A stretch of 43,147 bases of DNA from Coniocarpon cinnabarinum (Eukaryota). Location: the NCBI GenBank assembly GCA_051942205.1, contig JAVECO010000025.1:124001-167147 (forward strand). Reading direction: 5' to 3'. Below the pieces are notes generated by a model that did not search any database, was not told where the DNA came from, and worked only from the letters and a program-made list of their open reading frames with translations. The position numbers and the translations under genes were made by a program. Below, piece by piece: positions 24,807-35,334 of this stretch (positions within the stretch are counted from its first letter, which is position 1; every line of letters starts with the position of its first letter).

Positions 24807-26935
24807 ATGACCAAGTTAAACTATGCCAATGTGCGTGGTCCCCCACCATGGCCATCGAATTTTGAGGAGCTGAAGCATTGTAGCGCAAGTCGGAGGGCGT
24901 TAAGCTCGGTTCGACGGTCGCTAAAGACCTGGTAACGCCTGATGCTTCACCGCTGGAAGTATGGAATACTGACGCTGTCCAAGAGGCGAAGAACCAGAAC
25001 ACCAGGCGCGGCCACCGCAGTCCATAACCCCATCGACCTCAATCTGAACGGCAAAAGCCTCACAGACGACGGCATTGAAGAGTTCGCCCAAACCCTCCAG
25101 GAGGTTCTCACGCCCGTGGACGGCGTTCCCCTGGCCAAACTTCAGTTTTTACATCTTCAAAACAACATGCTCACTGCACGCTCGCTTTGGCTTCTGACGC
25201 CCTGCGTCCAGGCCGCGAGTGATACATTGGAAGACCTCGACCTGTCGAATAATCTCATCAGGGTTCGCACGGAAAATCAAAAAGATGAATGGAGGCTCTT
25301 TTTGCAGTCTTTTGCGCGCTGTTCTGCTCTTCGACGTCTGAATTTATCAGGCAACGACCTCAGTGACCTACAAGCTTTTGAAACATTCTCGGACATATAC
25401 ATCCGACAGTTTGAAGCAAACGCTGCTTGCTGGAATCAAGATGCAGAGCACGAAGACGGTGAGTGCAACTGTTCCAAGACCTGGCGCGGCATTGATGATC
25501 TTGGAATTGGAGACAACAGTCGTTGGCGGAATGTCAACGACCGCAGTACAATATGTAGCCTCGTTTGTTGACCTTGATCGCGCGATATGATCGTTGCCTT
25601 CGCTCACAACACACTAATCAAAAACGTTCTGACATCTTACTCCAGAAGTGCTTGAAGATCTGCAAGCGCTATCAGTTCGCGATACAAATATCGCCAATTC
25701 CCTTGTCAACTATGATAAGAGCCCTTCACGTGCCAAAATGAGACAGGATGTGCGTGGATTACCTGCGATCGCGGTCATGGGCTTTGAGGATGTCTCTATG
25801 TCTGATGCAGGAGCACTCTTTCTCAGCTGGATCATTGAGCGTCACAAATTTGCACAAGTAGACCATAGCGGAAGGCTCTGGATGCGAAGCAAGGACGAGC
25901 CCGATCGAGCGGCTATGGAGATCAGTGGGAACAAGACACTGGGAACACTCGGAATCAAGCTGCTCTCCGAAGCTGAGACAGTTCCATTTCATCCCTTCAA
26001 GCACGACGAGTCTGAGGATGAAGAGTCAGAGTTTCCGGCGAGTGCGAGACGGAGATCTTCAGTCATGACATCGGCTAGCAGGCAAGCTCCCCAAAAGCAG
26101 GTGCTCAACGCTTTAGAGGCTGACGTGATGCAGACGAGCGTCCGGCGCTGCACCCAACCGTCGCAGATTGAGCTCCGGATCTCCCGAGATAAATTCTCTG
26201 CCTCCTCTACATCGCACGTCCAGCTTTGCGGATCTCAGGAATGTACGCCGGCGAGTGCAAAGAAGCATCATTGAAGCTTATGGAGTCCAGTCTGTGACTC
26301 TTTGGCATGCTGCTCTGCGATTACTTCCTCTTGTACGACAGACTATGCTTTGGGATCACCCTGATGAATCTGCGCTCTCGCAGGAAGTCGGTGAGGTTGA
26401 TCCGCCTCCTCCTGGGCCTCCAAGACCGGCAACGCCTGTGGATACACTGCAAGCGACTGTGGCACTGCAGCCAGCACCAACCTATGCCTCAACGCTTCGA
26501 TTCGAACGCACACGTGGAGCACCGGTGCTTTCGGTGGTAACCGACACCCGCACACCAAGCTCTCCTCCCACAGTATTGAAACCCAAAGATCATCACCGAC
26601 GGGCAGGCAGCTCTGGACGAACCTCGCCCCCTTCCACTCAAGATGCTCCTGTCTCCGGATCGGCAGTTGCCACTCCTGCAAAAGAGCTCAAAGGTGCTAT
26701 ACTGATGGATGACGACAGTCCGCGAATGATTGGACCATTACCAGAGCAAGCCTGGATCCGTGTGCTTGTCTACATGATAGGTGTAGAAAGCGTTTTGAAA
26801 GATGTCCATCTCGACTCAATCATGAAATATGCTTGCGACCGGAGCACACTTGCCAAAGAGAGAGAGTATCTGGGTAAATCGGACAGCGTGCAGAAGTGGA
26901 AGGTGCTGGAGCAAATGGGATGTCTCATGTACTAG
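24807..26935 (+). CDS. Leucine-rich repeat (RNI-like) protein, 5 exons
   Basis: Exons 24807-24830, 24884-24931, 24984-25458, 25646-26081, 26134-26935 join in frame. LRR motifs LQFLHLQNNML, LEDLDLSNNLI, LRRLNLSGNDL. Confidence 0.8.
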
Positions 26936-27588
26936 AAAAAGGCTGTAGTGAAGACTAGCCAGCTGCTGTGGTAGGTGGCTCACGCGGAGAACATCCGCAG
27001 ACGCGGTATGATGAATTGACGCGGTGTGAGCATGTACGAAGAGCAGGACCGTGAAGCCTGACTCCACGACCGCAATTCGACGCTACGCATGATCAATGAC
27101 CTTGCAATCAAAGCTCATGTGTTTGATTCATCACACGTACAGATTTTGTCTTTTCCAGAAGCCCCAGTTCTTCGACTCGAGCGCCACGCAGGGTATCCGC
27201 GCCGCTGTTGCATGTAACGAGACGGTCGTACACGAAATTGCCAATGCATACCTACTTCGCCCTCGGACTTGAAGCGCTTAGTATCTTTGCACGCGGAGGT
27301 TTGGCCGAGAGGTCTGTCGCGGTGAGCGCTTGTCGTCGGTGACGTTGATTGCTGGCGGAGACTGATGATGCTTGGAACACGACCGATCAAAAAATGCTAT
27401 ACTGGGATCGATCGCCTGTGCTCAAACTGGACGAGCCAAGCTACCCATGGTGGAAAACCCTTGTTCGTGCTGGGATCTCACACAAGCTAGATCGCTAGAT
27501 GGTGCTATCATGCGTCTGCGGATGATCCCGCGACTGAACTTTGTATTCCGAGGCGCCCTACAATGGTTCAATGCGAGGCAACATATCC

Positions 27589-28170
27589 TCATACATCTTT
27601 TCTCTTCCTCCACTTCTCCACACCCCGATCGATCTCCTCTCTGGTGACACCATCCCGCACCAACCAAAAGCAGACGCCTCTTTCTCGCTCCACGTTCGAA
27701 TTGCGCGCCTCATCATCCCAGAACACCATGTCCTCGCACTCGACGCCCGTACCTCACCGAATGCCATCCACATGCCTGACCTTGTCTCCCGGAAAGATCT
27801 CGAGGCAGTCGAAATAGCTCTTCGCCGGCTTTCCCTCAATCTGGAGCAAGTTCAACAGCTTCCTGGCCAGTGGTGGGTCACACGTCCGACTCGCGGCCGC
27901 GATCTTGATGCCGCGTCGCTTCGCTGCCGCCAGTATGCCAGGGACGTGTGGGTAGAATGCTAGCAACTCGCCGTAGCGATCGCGCACTGTCTGACCGGCG
28001 CTGGACCCTGCGCCGGCCTTCAGTGGAGGGGTGACGTGCGTGTCGACCCAGAATGGCCAGAGCGTGTAATCCAGGTCGAACACGAGGACTGAAGGGAGGG
28101 GGCGGTCGTCGGTGAACGTCTGGGGTTCGACAACAGGCTCTGGGGAGGTGGCTTCAGGCTCAAGTGACAT
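27589..28170 (-). pseudogene. MDP1: Magnesium-dependent phosphatase 1 (HAD IIIC) with in-frame TGA at 27756-27754
   Basis: VFDLDYTLWPFWVD (motif I), ASRT, EIFPGDK. After the TGA the same frame continues GTGVECEDMVFWDDEARNSNVE..GV..WLVRDGV..KDV* to 27589. Confidence 0.85.
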
Positions 28171-29278
28171 GTCGGGGGCGAGCGAAAGGACACAGTTTGG
28201 GTTCGCGCCCGCTTGGAGTGGATCGCACGCGGGACGAACGGATATACATATAAGCAGGCACGGTAGGTATGTAGTTGAAGAGTGTCGGTGGTGCTGAAAA
28301 GTGACGCCCAGTGACGCCACAGGCGGGATGCATGTGGCAAAGTAGGTGCTGAGGAATTGTGGCGCAGGTCGGGAAAAGTGATGGGAGAAATCCCTCTCCG
28401 CATCACACTTCGACAGCTTGCCACCTTGTGAGGTGCACTCCTGCCGTTACGCTCGTGATGTCCGCAACCATTATCTCGCATTGGCCCAATTCAGAAATTA
28501 CGTGAAACAACTAGGCGCAGCAACCTGAACCGTCTTCAGGGCACTCCATCTCGCGTAAGTACAGTAAGCTTCGCTTTTTTGATACAACTAGTGTACCGAG
28601 TGAGACTGCTTCGCCAAGCTCTTTGCCCGTAATTGACTAATCAACTCTGTGTCATGTTCACAAACGCGGTTTCACATATGGACGGAGCACACAGGTGGCT
28701 TCTTAAGTCGACATGGAGCTGTTTGAAGAATCTCGATGCTCAATACACATAAGCTCGCCACACTAGGCTCGACAAATGGTGAACATTCAGCCGAGTACTA
28801 GCATGCTTACACACTTGGTCAATAGAGATGAGCGACCGCGGGTAGGAGCCCAAGACACTCTTCTCACAGGCCACGTAGGCGCTCGCTCCTCATGTTACAA
28901 ATGATGTGCCCTTGCCATCCTAAACATCACTTCGTACCCCGCCTGCATTGAATCTTGTAAGAACTCCACTGGTCCTGGCACTCTCAGTCAAATCACATAT
29001 TGATCGGCAAAGACATTTAATGTTCAAAACCCATTACAAACCATGTCGCAGCCTCAATCAAGGCGCGAAGGCGAACGCCCACCCAGGCGCCATATGGGCA
29101 ATTATTCACTCCAGCAGGGAAAACAAATCTTGGATTCCATGTACGAACACATGCTACATCCAAGGAATCAATCACGTCGAAAGTCCTTAGAGGCGCAATT
29201 CTATGAAGCGGAAGAGTGAGATTGCAGACAGGCTTCTCATCATCCATAACGTCACTGCTGATACGTCAAAGCGAATAC

Positions 29279-29845
29279 ATGTCCACCGATGCATACAAGG
29301 AGGCGGAGAGAAAAGCGAAAGCAGATGCGGCCGCGCAGGATCGTCAGGAACAAGAAATAGAAGCCAAGGCAAAGCATGATAAGGTGATGAGTTACCAAAG
29401 TGAACCCAGTGCGAGTGACAGGTTTGCGACAGACTCATGGCTCAAGCCCCCTCACGTGAATTACACGCATCATCCCGTCAATCGCCTGATGCCACACCGC
29501 ACCACTGCATCTTCTGCAGCAGCCACTGCTAGCCATGGTCACCCTGAAGCATCCGCGGCATATGGGCCACAAGGAGGAAACGCGTCGTCGTCTGAGAGCG
29601 AGGGTGAGGAAGAGGTATATTCACCACCAGCGCAGACACGGCCGGCGGCCCAGACATACACGCAAGAGATGTACGAGACCTACTATCATGATTACGTGCA
29701 GAAGCACGGTCGACCACCCGCTCCACATCCATCTTTCCACGCACCTGCCTCGACTGTGCAGCCTCGGGCACCCAGGGAGAAGAAGAGGAAGAAAAAGCCA
29801 CCGGGTGTTCTGGAGTCAATATTCACTCGCACAAGGGACAGATAG
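29279..29845 (+). CDS. Hypothetical low-complexity protein
   Basis: 188-aa ATG-started ORF with a charged N-terminus, Ala/Ser/Pro-rich middle and basic KKRKKK stretch. No family recognised. Confidence 0.5.
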   Translation: MSTDAYKEAERKAKADAAAQDRQEQEIEAKAKHDKVMSYQSEPSASDRFATDSWLKPPHVNYTHHPVNRLMPHRTTASSAAATASHGHPEASAAYGPQGGNASSSESEGEEEVYSPPAQTRPAAQTYTQEMYETYYHDYVQKHGRPPAPHPSFHAPASTVQPRAPREKKRKKKPPGVLESIFTRTRDR

Positions 29846-31609
29846 TACAGCACAGATTGAATACCGTCTGAGGCATAGCAGCAGACATCGTGGCGCAAAT
29901 GCTACAGCGCAAATGATGGATTATTTGCGTGTTTCATTAAGCCTTTGTTAAGACTTTTGGCCCCAGAGTCGATTTCTCGAGTAGAGACTGAGCTTGTTTG
30001 TTTGTACTCGGACAGTCTGACTGTTTGGTGGTAGACGTCGTATGAGGTACGGTTGTGCGTGGTTGGGGCGAGCAGGGTGCACGCGTACGCGCTCCAGGCA
30101 GGATTGCTCACGGTGCGGAGGCAATGCAACGTTCTCCCAGACTTTCATAGAGTATGTTGCATATAGCTACGTGGAGTAAACCCGTACCTACTGTCCACTG
30201 AAGACGCGGACACTGGTATTAAGAGTTCTAATGAAGCTTCACAGACTCATAAGAACAGTGTGTTAAAAGCGCTATCGCGTCAGCGCCCCCAACTTCCGAT
30301 CATATTGCCAGATAGTTATCATCAGCAACTCCCTGGCAAATTGCTTGGCTTAAATTTTCTAGTGGTTCTTTTCGTAAATTAGGCTTTTTTATTGCCAGTA
30401 CTCATCTCCTCATCGTCGTCGTTTTTAATGGTTTTTTTGTAACAATCAAGAAGAATTTCCGCCTCGTTCAGACATCACGAGCGTGACGACAGCGGCCATG
30501 GACAGAACTTCCTGCCGTATTGGAGCCTACCTGGGCAGCGAGCCTACACGCTCAGAAGACTTTGGCTCGTAAGACGTGAAAACGCTCTGCACCTTAGAAG
30601 ATGTTGAAGTGTAATACGGCAAATCCTTTCCTATACAGCTGCCGGTCCCTTTGCTGATTCTTCTAGAGCTTGAATGAGTCTCAAGTATAGTCGGCTAGGT
30701 GTTTAGACCAGTGCGGTGCCGATGCTGAGTCTGACGTGCCGGCTAAAGCAGTCAATGTCTCTTGTCAACCCCAGCGCAGACGCTCCGCAACACAAGCCGC
30801 AGGCCAGTATGAGCAAGAGAACGGACAGACGGGTGAGAGCAAGAGTCCTGGGCGCGTTCGTCATCACCATACCCGAGAAGCGCCAACGCAGAAGCATCCA
30901 TGATGTGTCTTCAACCAATGTGTGGGTCGCGACCGGTCTGGACTACTTGAAACATCGAACCTGTTGTAGTTGGATGACACAGACGACACGGTTCGAGAGT
31001 TCAGGGGCGAATACACCGTGTCCTCTCTTGTTCCACCAATCGGCCCGCACTGCGGTGGCGCATAACTCGAGACTGAATACGGCACGATTGGCATTCTCTG
31101 GGTGCGTGTATGGGCACAAGGCACCGAGGAGGATTATTAGCGGTTGCCATACGCGGCTGGACTGGTCCGTGCCTTTCTCTGCAACCTTTTCTAAACGTCT
31201 ATGGCTCGCATTATTTCCAAACCCAAGGAAAGTGCTTGTTACGCTCTTAATAACTGACAAGAGCTAGCAGTCAACTAAGAATGTATTTGTTAGATTGATT
31301 TAGAGCCTCTAGCGATGCTGCGCAGTGAGTCGTATGAAATGCGAAACGTCGCGCACGGCATCGTTCTGGCCTGTGCTGTTCAAAAAAACGCCTATACCCA
31401 ACCGTGGATGGGAAGCGCGCTGGGAAGGGACGCCTTGTGATGAGTATTTTGATACCTGATCTGATCTAACCTCTCGCTAACGTTGCAACCAACCAGGTGG
31501 CCTTTTGTAGCGATGAATATATATGTAATTCTTTCAACCTCGTCCAATGTTGGGAAGTAAGCACGAGTCCACCCAAAACCCAATCTATTCTACATCAGAT
31601 TCTTTCGAA

Positions 31610-32043
31610 ATGAGCGACCTCCTAAAGATGGCCAAGAGCGTTCTTCATCTCGGTAGAAGTTCATCAAAAGACCAAGTAAGTAGCCTTTTCTCCGGTACAG
31701 CCTTCAAACGCTGCGGCCTTTGGGGTACGGATTCTTACGTTTTAAACAACCTGATGCTGATGTAAGCTCTCTAGAACGAGAAAGTCGTACCCAATGGTAC
31801 GCAAGTACGCTACAACGGCCACTCATGTATAATAGAGTCTTCTTGCCCATCCGAAGGTGGACAGCATAAGTACACGTTCAAGGAGGTCGGTTCAGGAGCT
31901 GCTCATAAGGACAAAGAAAGGAGTGACTTGTAAGTACAGGAAACATTGTTGGAGTGGAACTTGCCATGGATACTAAGCAATGCTACAGCACCATCCTTAA
32001 TGAGGTTCGTAAGCCGAAGGGAAATTTCAATGAAAACATTTAG
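31610..32043 (+). CDS. Small 3-exon orphan protein (~91 aa)
   Basis: Exons 31610-31675, 31775-31929, 31989-32043. Two perfect GTAAGT donors, branch sites (GCTGAT, ACTAAG) and TAG/CAG acceptors keep the frame open. Confidence 0.6.
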
Positions 32044-32606
32044 GATGAGACGAAGCCCTAGTTCGACAGTAGAAAAGGGGTGTATTGGTTAGTCGACTAG
32101 ACTGAGCAGCCACGTGCTCTGTGCGATCTGTGCTGGGGCCGCGCGCGACAGACCTATACAGCAAAATTTTTAGACGGATGTCTATCGACATGCGTGGGGC
32201 ACATGTCCTCTTACATGGTGCCTAAATCAAGACAGATGATTATCCTTCTTGGTGTTGCTATTGATCTGGCCTGGCCACTAGAATTAAATGTGTATCGTGA
32301 CCGTCACGCGACTTTTCCTACACGTAAACTCTCCTTCACGACCGCTCGGCCCTGTTTCGGGCGATAATGTCACTGCAGAGGTGCTATCATGGCTTGGCGA
32401 CGAACGACTTGGCGATAAATCGAGTAATCGGATTGAAGTCGTAAAGTAGGTGGAAAGTTCATAAGGTAGATAGATAGGTACGTCGTTCGTCTCACTTCGT
32501 GAGTGATATCATTTTGGCATGGATCTAACTTCCTTTGCTCGCAAATCCTTGACGTTCTCTCATGAGCTCGAGGCACTGATCACCCAGACCTAATGCGACA
32601 GAGAAC

Positions 32607-33762
32607 ATGGTAGACTTTCAGGCCAGCTTCGCGACAGTGAGTTTGAACAACCAGCCGGCCGGATCGTTTCACCTTTCCCTCGACGACAAGCTTGGCGCGG
32701 TCTCTGCCGCAGGTCCGTGCTGATCTCTTCTTCTCCCTTCTTCTACTAAGTTTGGCATGTGCAGGCTCTGAGCAGATTGAACTCGGCTTCCCAGACGTCG
32801 TTGCATTCGCGTCTTAGCATCATGGCCGACAAGTTTAAGCTGATGACTATGACGCCTTGGTGGCTGCGTGCACGGAGATCAAGGCCCTGGTCGTCTGACA
32901 TGCCCTCAAGATCTTGATGCTTCAACCATTCGCCGACTTCGAGGGGTGGCCCGTCGACAGTCGCAAGAGACAAGCCGCTTTCGCCCGCGCTGCAGGATGG
33001 ATACGCGTTATGCAGGCGGTGGGGACCGACATGTTGCAGGTATGTCCGCGTTTCCGCCATGCGTTGGGGGCATCTGGCTCATGACCGCTCTTTGTTGGCT
33101 TGACGGACACTCCCAGCCCTCCAATCTCGGACGACCCCAACGATCTTTCCCGCGACCTTGCCGGGTTGGCAGACCTGCTTGCACCTCATGGATTCCGACT
33201 GTGCTACGAAAACTAGTGTTGGGCTACACACGGACAGACATGGAAGCAGGTTTGGCGGATTGCCCAGCGCGCCGATCGTCTCAACATAGGCTTGTGTCTA
33301 GACACGTTTCAAGAAGCTAGTGCGCAGTAGGCAGATCCCACAAAGAGTTCCGGTCGGATCCAGCATGACGATCTTTCCGCCAAGCAATTGCATGAGCAGT
33401 ACCTCGCCAGTCTGAGAGAGCTAGCCACGACCATTCCTGCAGAAAATATCTACGTCCTTCAAATTAGTGACGGGTACCGGCCAACGCCACCATTATCGGA
33501 CAAGCCGGATCAGACAGGGCTCCGGCCCAGGGGCCAGTGGAGCATGGGTCATCGGCCTATGCCCTACGATGGAGGCTACTTGCCCATCACGGAAATGACA
33601 CGCGCTGTCATGGACACTGGTTTCAAGGGGGTCTATTCGATGGAAGTATTCGACGGCGGTCCGAAAGGCAACGGGAAAGCGAAAGACCCTAGAGACTATA
33701 CTGTAAAAGCCAAGAGCAACCTCAAACGATTGATCCAAGACGCCAGACAGCTTCAGTTGTGA
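32607..33762 (+). pseudogene. Xylose isomerase-like TIM barrel (AP_endonuc_2; dehydroshikimate dehydratase-like) pseudogene
   Basis: Motifs IELGFPD, LMLQPFADFEGW, GTDMLQ, YEN*CWATH, NIGLCLDTFQ, LQISDG, YSMEVFD. In-frame stops at 32815, 32836, 32896, 33214, 33328. No AG acceptor before 33094. Confidence 0.85.
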
Positions 33763-34812
33763 CATGGGTACGGTAAAAGACTGGAAAGGCGAGCCGCCCT
33801 CAGAATCATGAGAAGTTGAAGATTGTCTGACAGACTTCTTCATCTTAGCTTTACACATGTTGTTGAGGTAGGTAATATGCACCATAGCGACCTCGGGCGC
33901 GAGTATTTGCTGCCCTACAAGCAAGCGCCTCGTGAAGCGTGAGGAATTTTACCATTACTCCCACAGCTTCGTGACCCAAGCTCTCATTGTAGAGGCTCGC
34001 TGTCTAGGCTGAAATCCAGCAACGACTCACCTTCCATCTCATATAGGACGCTCTGGCTCTTATAGCTCCAGCCTGAGCTCTCCAGCAACCTAGACCTCCA
34101 CGTATTTTGAAAATCGTTGTTTCATTGCTGTAACTCCGATCCTGAAGATGAAAGCTAGAGATTCAGTCCAAAGGTGAGGCTTTTCTTGGGTGATCAGCAA
34201 AAAGGTCGAGCATTTCTTGTTCTACAGTTGTTGATGTTGTTGCATTCAAAGGCGTTTTTGCCCTCCTGGAAAAAATCTTGATGCCTGGGAGTCTTGGCAA
34301 TGTCCTCAACTTGGTTTGAGCGGCCTGCATTGGTGGATTTGAGGACGTTCATGCTTGCCCAGAATGGATTCGCATTGTCTGAGATTCACGACGGCGCGGA
34401 ACTCGCAGCCCGTGCTGACAATCTCTCAAACAACACGTGTCAGACCTGCAAGTTGCCAGCCTGAACACTGCGCATACCTGACACTGCTCGCAAACTTTGG
34501 CGACTTGGACTTGTGTGTGCCGCGACGCATCTGGAAAAATCAAACCGTTCCAGATGCACCGTGCGAGGCGTGACAAAAGCTGCAGCCTGATCATCTCTAA
34601 CATGCAACCGTTGACTGCTTTAGCGGGTGGAGTGGAACAGACTCTTGGTATGGATACAAAAGGAGCGCTCTTCGCTCACTAGTGCTGCGTCTTCTTTCTC
34701 AAGGGTGGATAATCAGTCGTTTACCATTTTTGATCTCTACAAGCTTTCCACACCCTGCTCTCTTTGGACCCGTACTCCAATTTTTTTCCAACAACATCCT
34801 CACCTCGCAAGA

Positions 34813-35154
34813 ATGGCTTTCCGAGCAAACAGCATGACGCTTTCAACCTTCTATATGTTGCCAACTATCCTCCTAGCCTTGGCCTCAACTGGCTCTGGAT
34901 TTCTCATTAAAAACGAAGATACCGGCGTGCTCCAGAACCTGCAGACCGGGAGCGGCAATGACCTTTACAACAGCCCCAAGACCCAATGCCACGGTTTCAG
35001 CGCGACAAAATTCTCTTTCACTAGTGGCAAAAATTGTGAACTGCATACCTACAGCGACGGCAACTGTCAGGGTACGACGAGTGTTTTCACTGAGCAGTTG
35101 CAAGCCCTCACAGTCGACGGTGGTTTTACCAGTGTACAGTGCATCATGTACTAG
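34813..35154 (+). CDS. Small secreted cysteine-containing protein (effector-like)
   Basis: Hydrophobic signal MLPTILLALASTGSG and ~84-aa mature part with 4 Cys (QCHG, NCELHTYSDGNCQG, VQC). Start may be 34813, 34834 or 34855. Confidence 0.65.
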   Translation: MAFRANSMTLSTFYMLPTILLALASTGSGFLIKNEDTGVLQNLQTGSGNDLYNSPKTQCHGFSATKFSFTSGKNCELHTYSDGNCQGTTSVFTEQLQALTVDGGFTSVQCIMY

Positions 35155-35334
35155 GTGGAAATGGAGTGGATCTTCATGGCTGACGACTCCTTGTTCATCT
35201 GGAGTACTACAGCAACGCTACCATGCCGTAAAATCTCATACAAGGTGTTGCAAAACGATGTTAAAAGATTTCCTAAAGCAAGGTAGCGTGTTTGAACGCA
35301 CACGGGTCGACGCGTCCGAGGCTCGTGGGAGCAT

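Noticed and set aside
24134..24865. 243-aa ORF upstream of the LRR gene
   Set aside because: Non-ATG start, Cys/Arg/Ser-rich random-like composition, and it overlaps the promoter and first exon of the LRR gene.
27754..27756. Selenocysteine reading of the MDP1 TGA
   Set aside because: Dikarya lack the Sec machinery and the homologous residue appears to be Lys/Arg, not Cys.
30703..31267. Overlapping ORFs of 183 aa (+) and 105 aa (-)
   Set aside because: No recognisable domain and no convincing exon chain; cannot be supported as a gene, though not excluded.
33214..33330. Two TAG codons at conserved Trp positions, resembling A-to-I premature-stop-correction sites of Sordariomycete sexual development
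   Set aside because: Three further stops occur at positions not expected to be Trp and an intron acceptor is missing. TGG>TAG is also the standard RIP product, so pseudogenisation is simpler.
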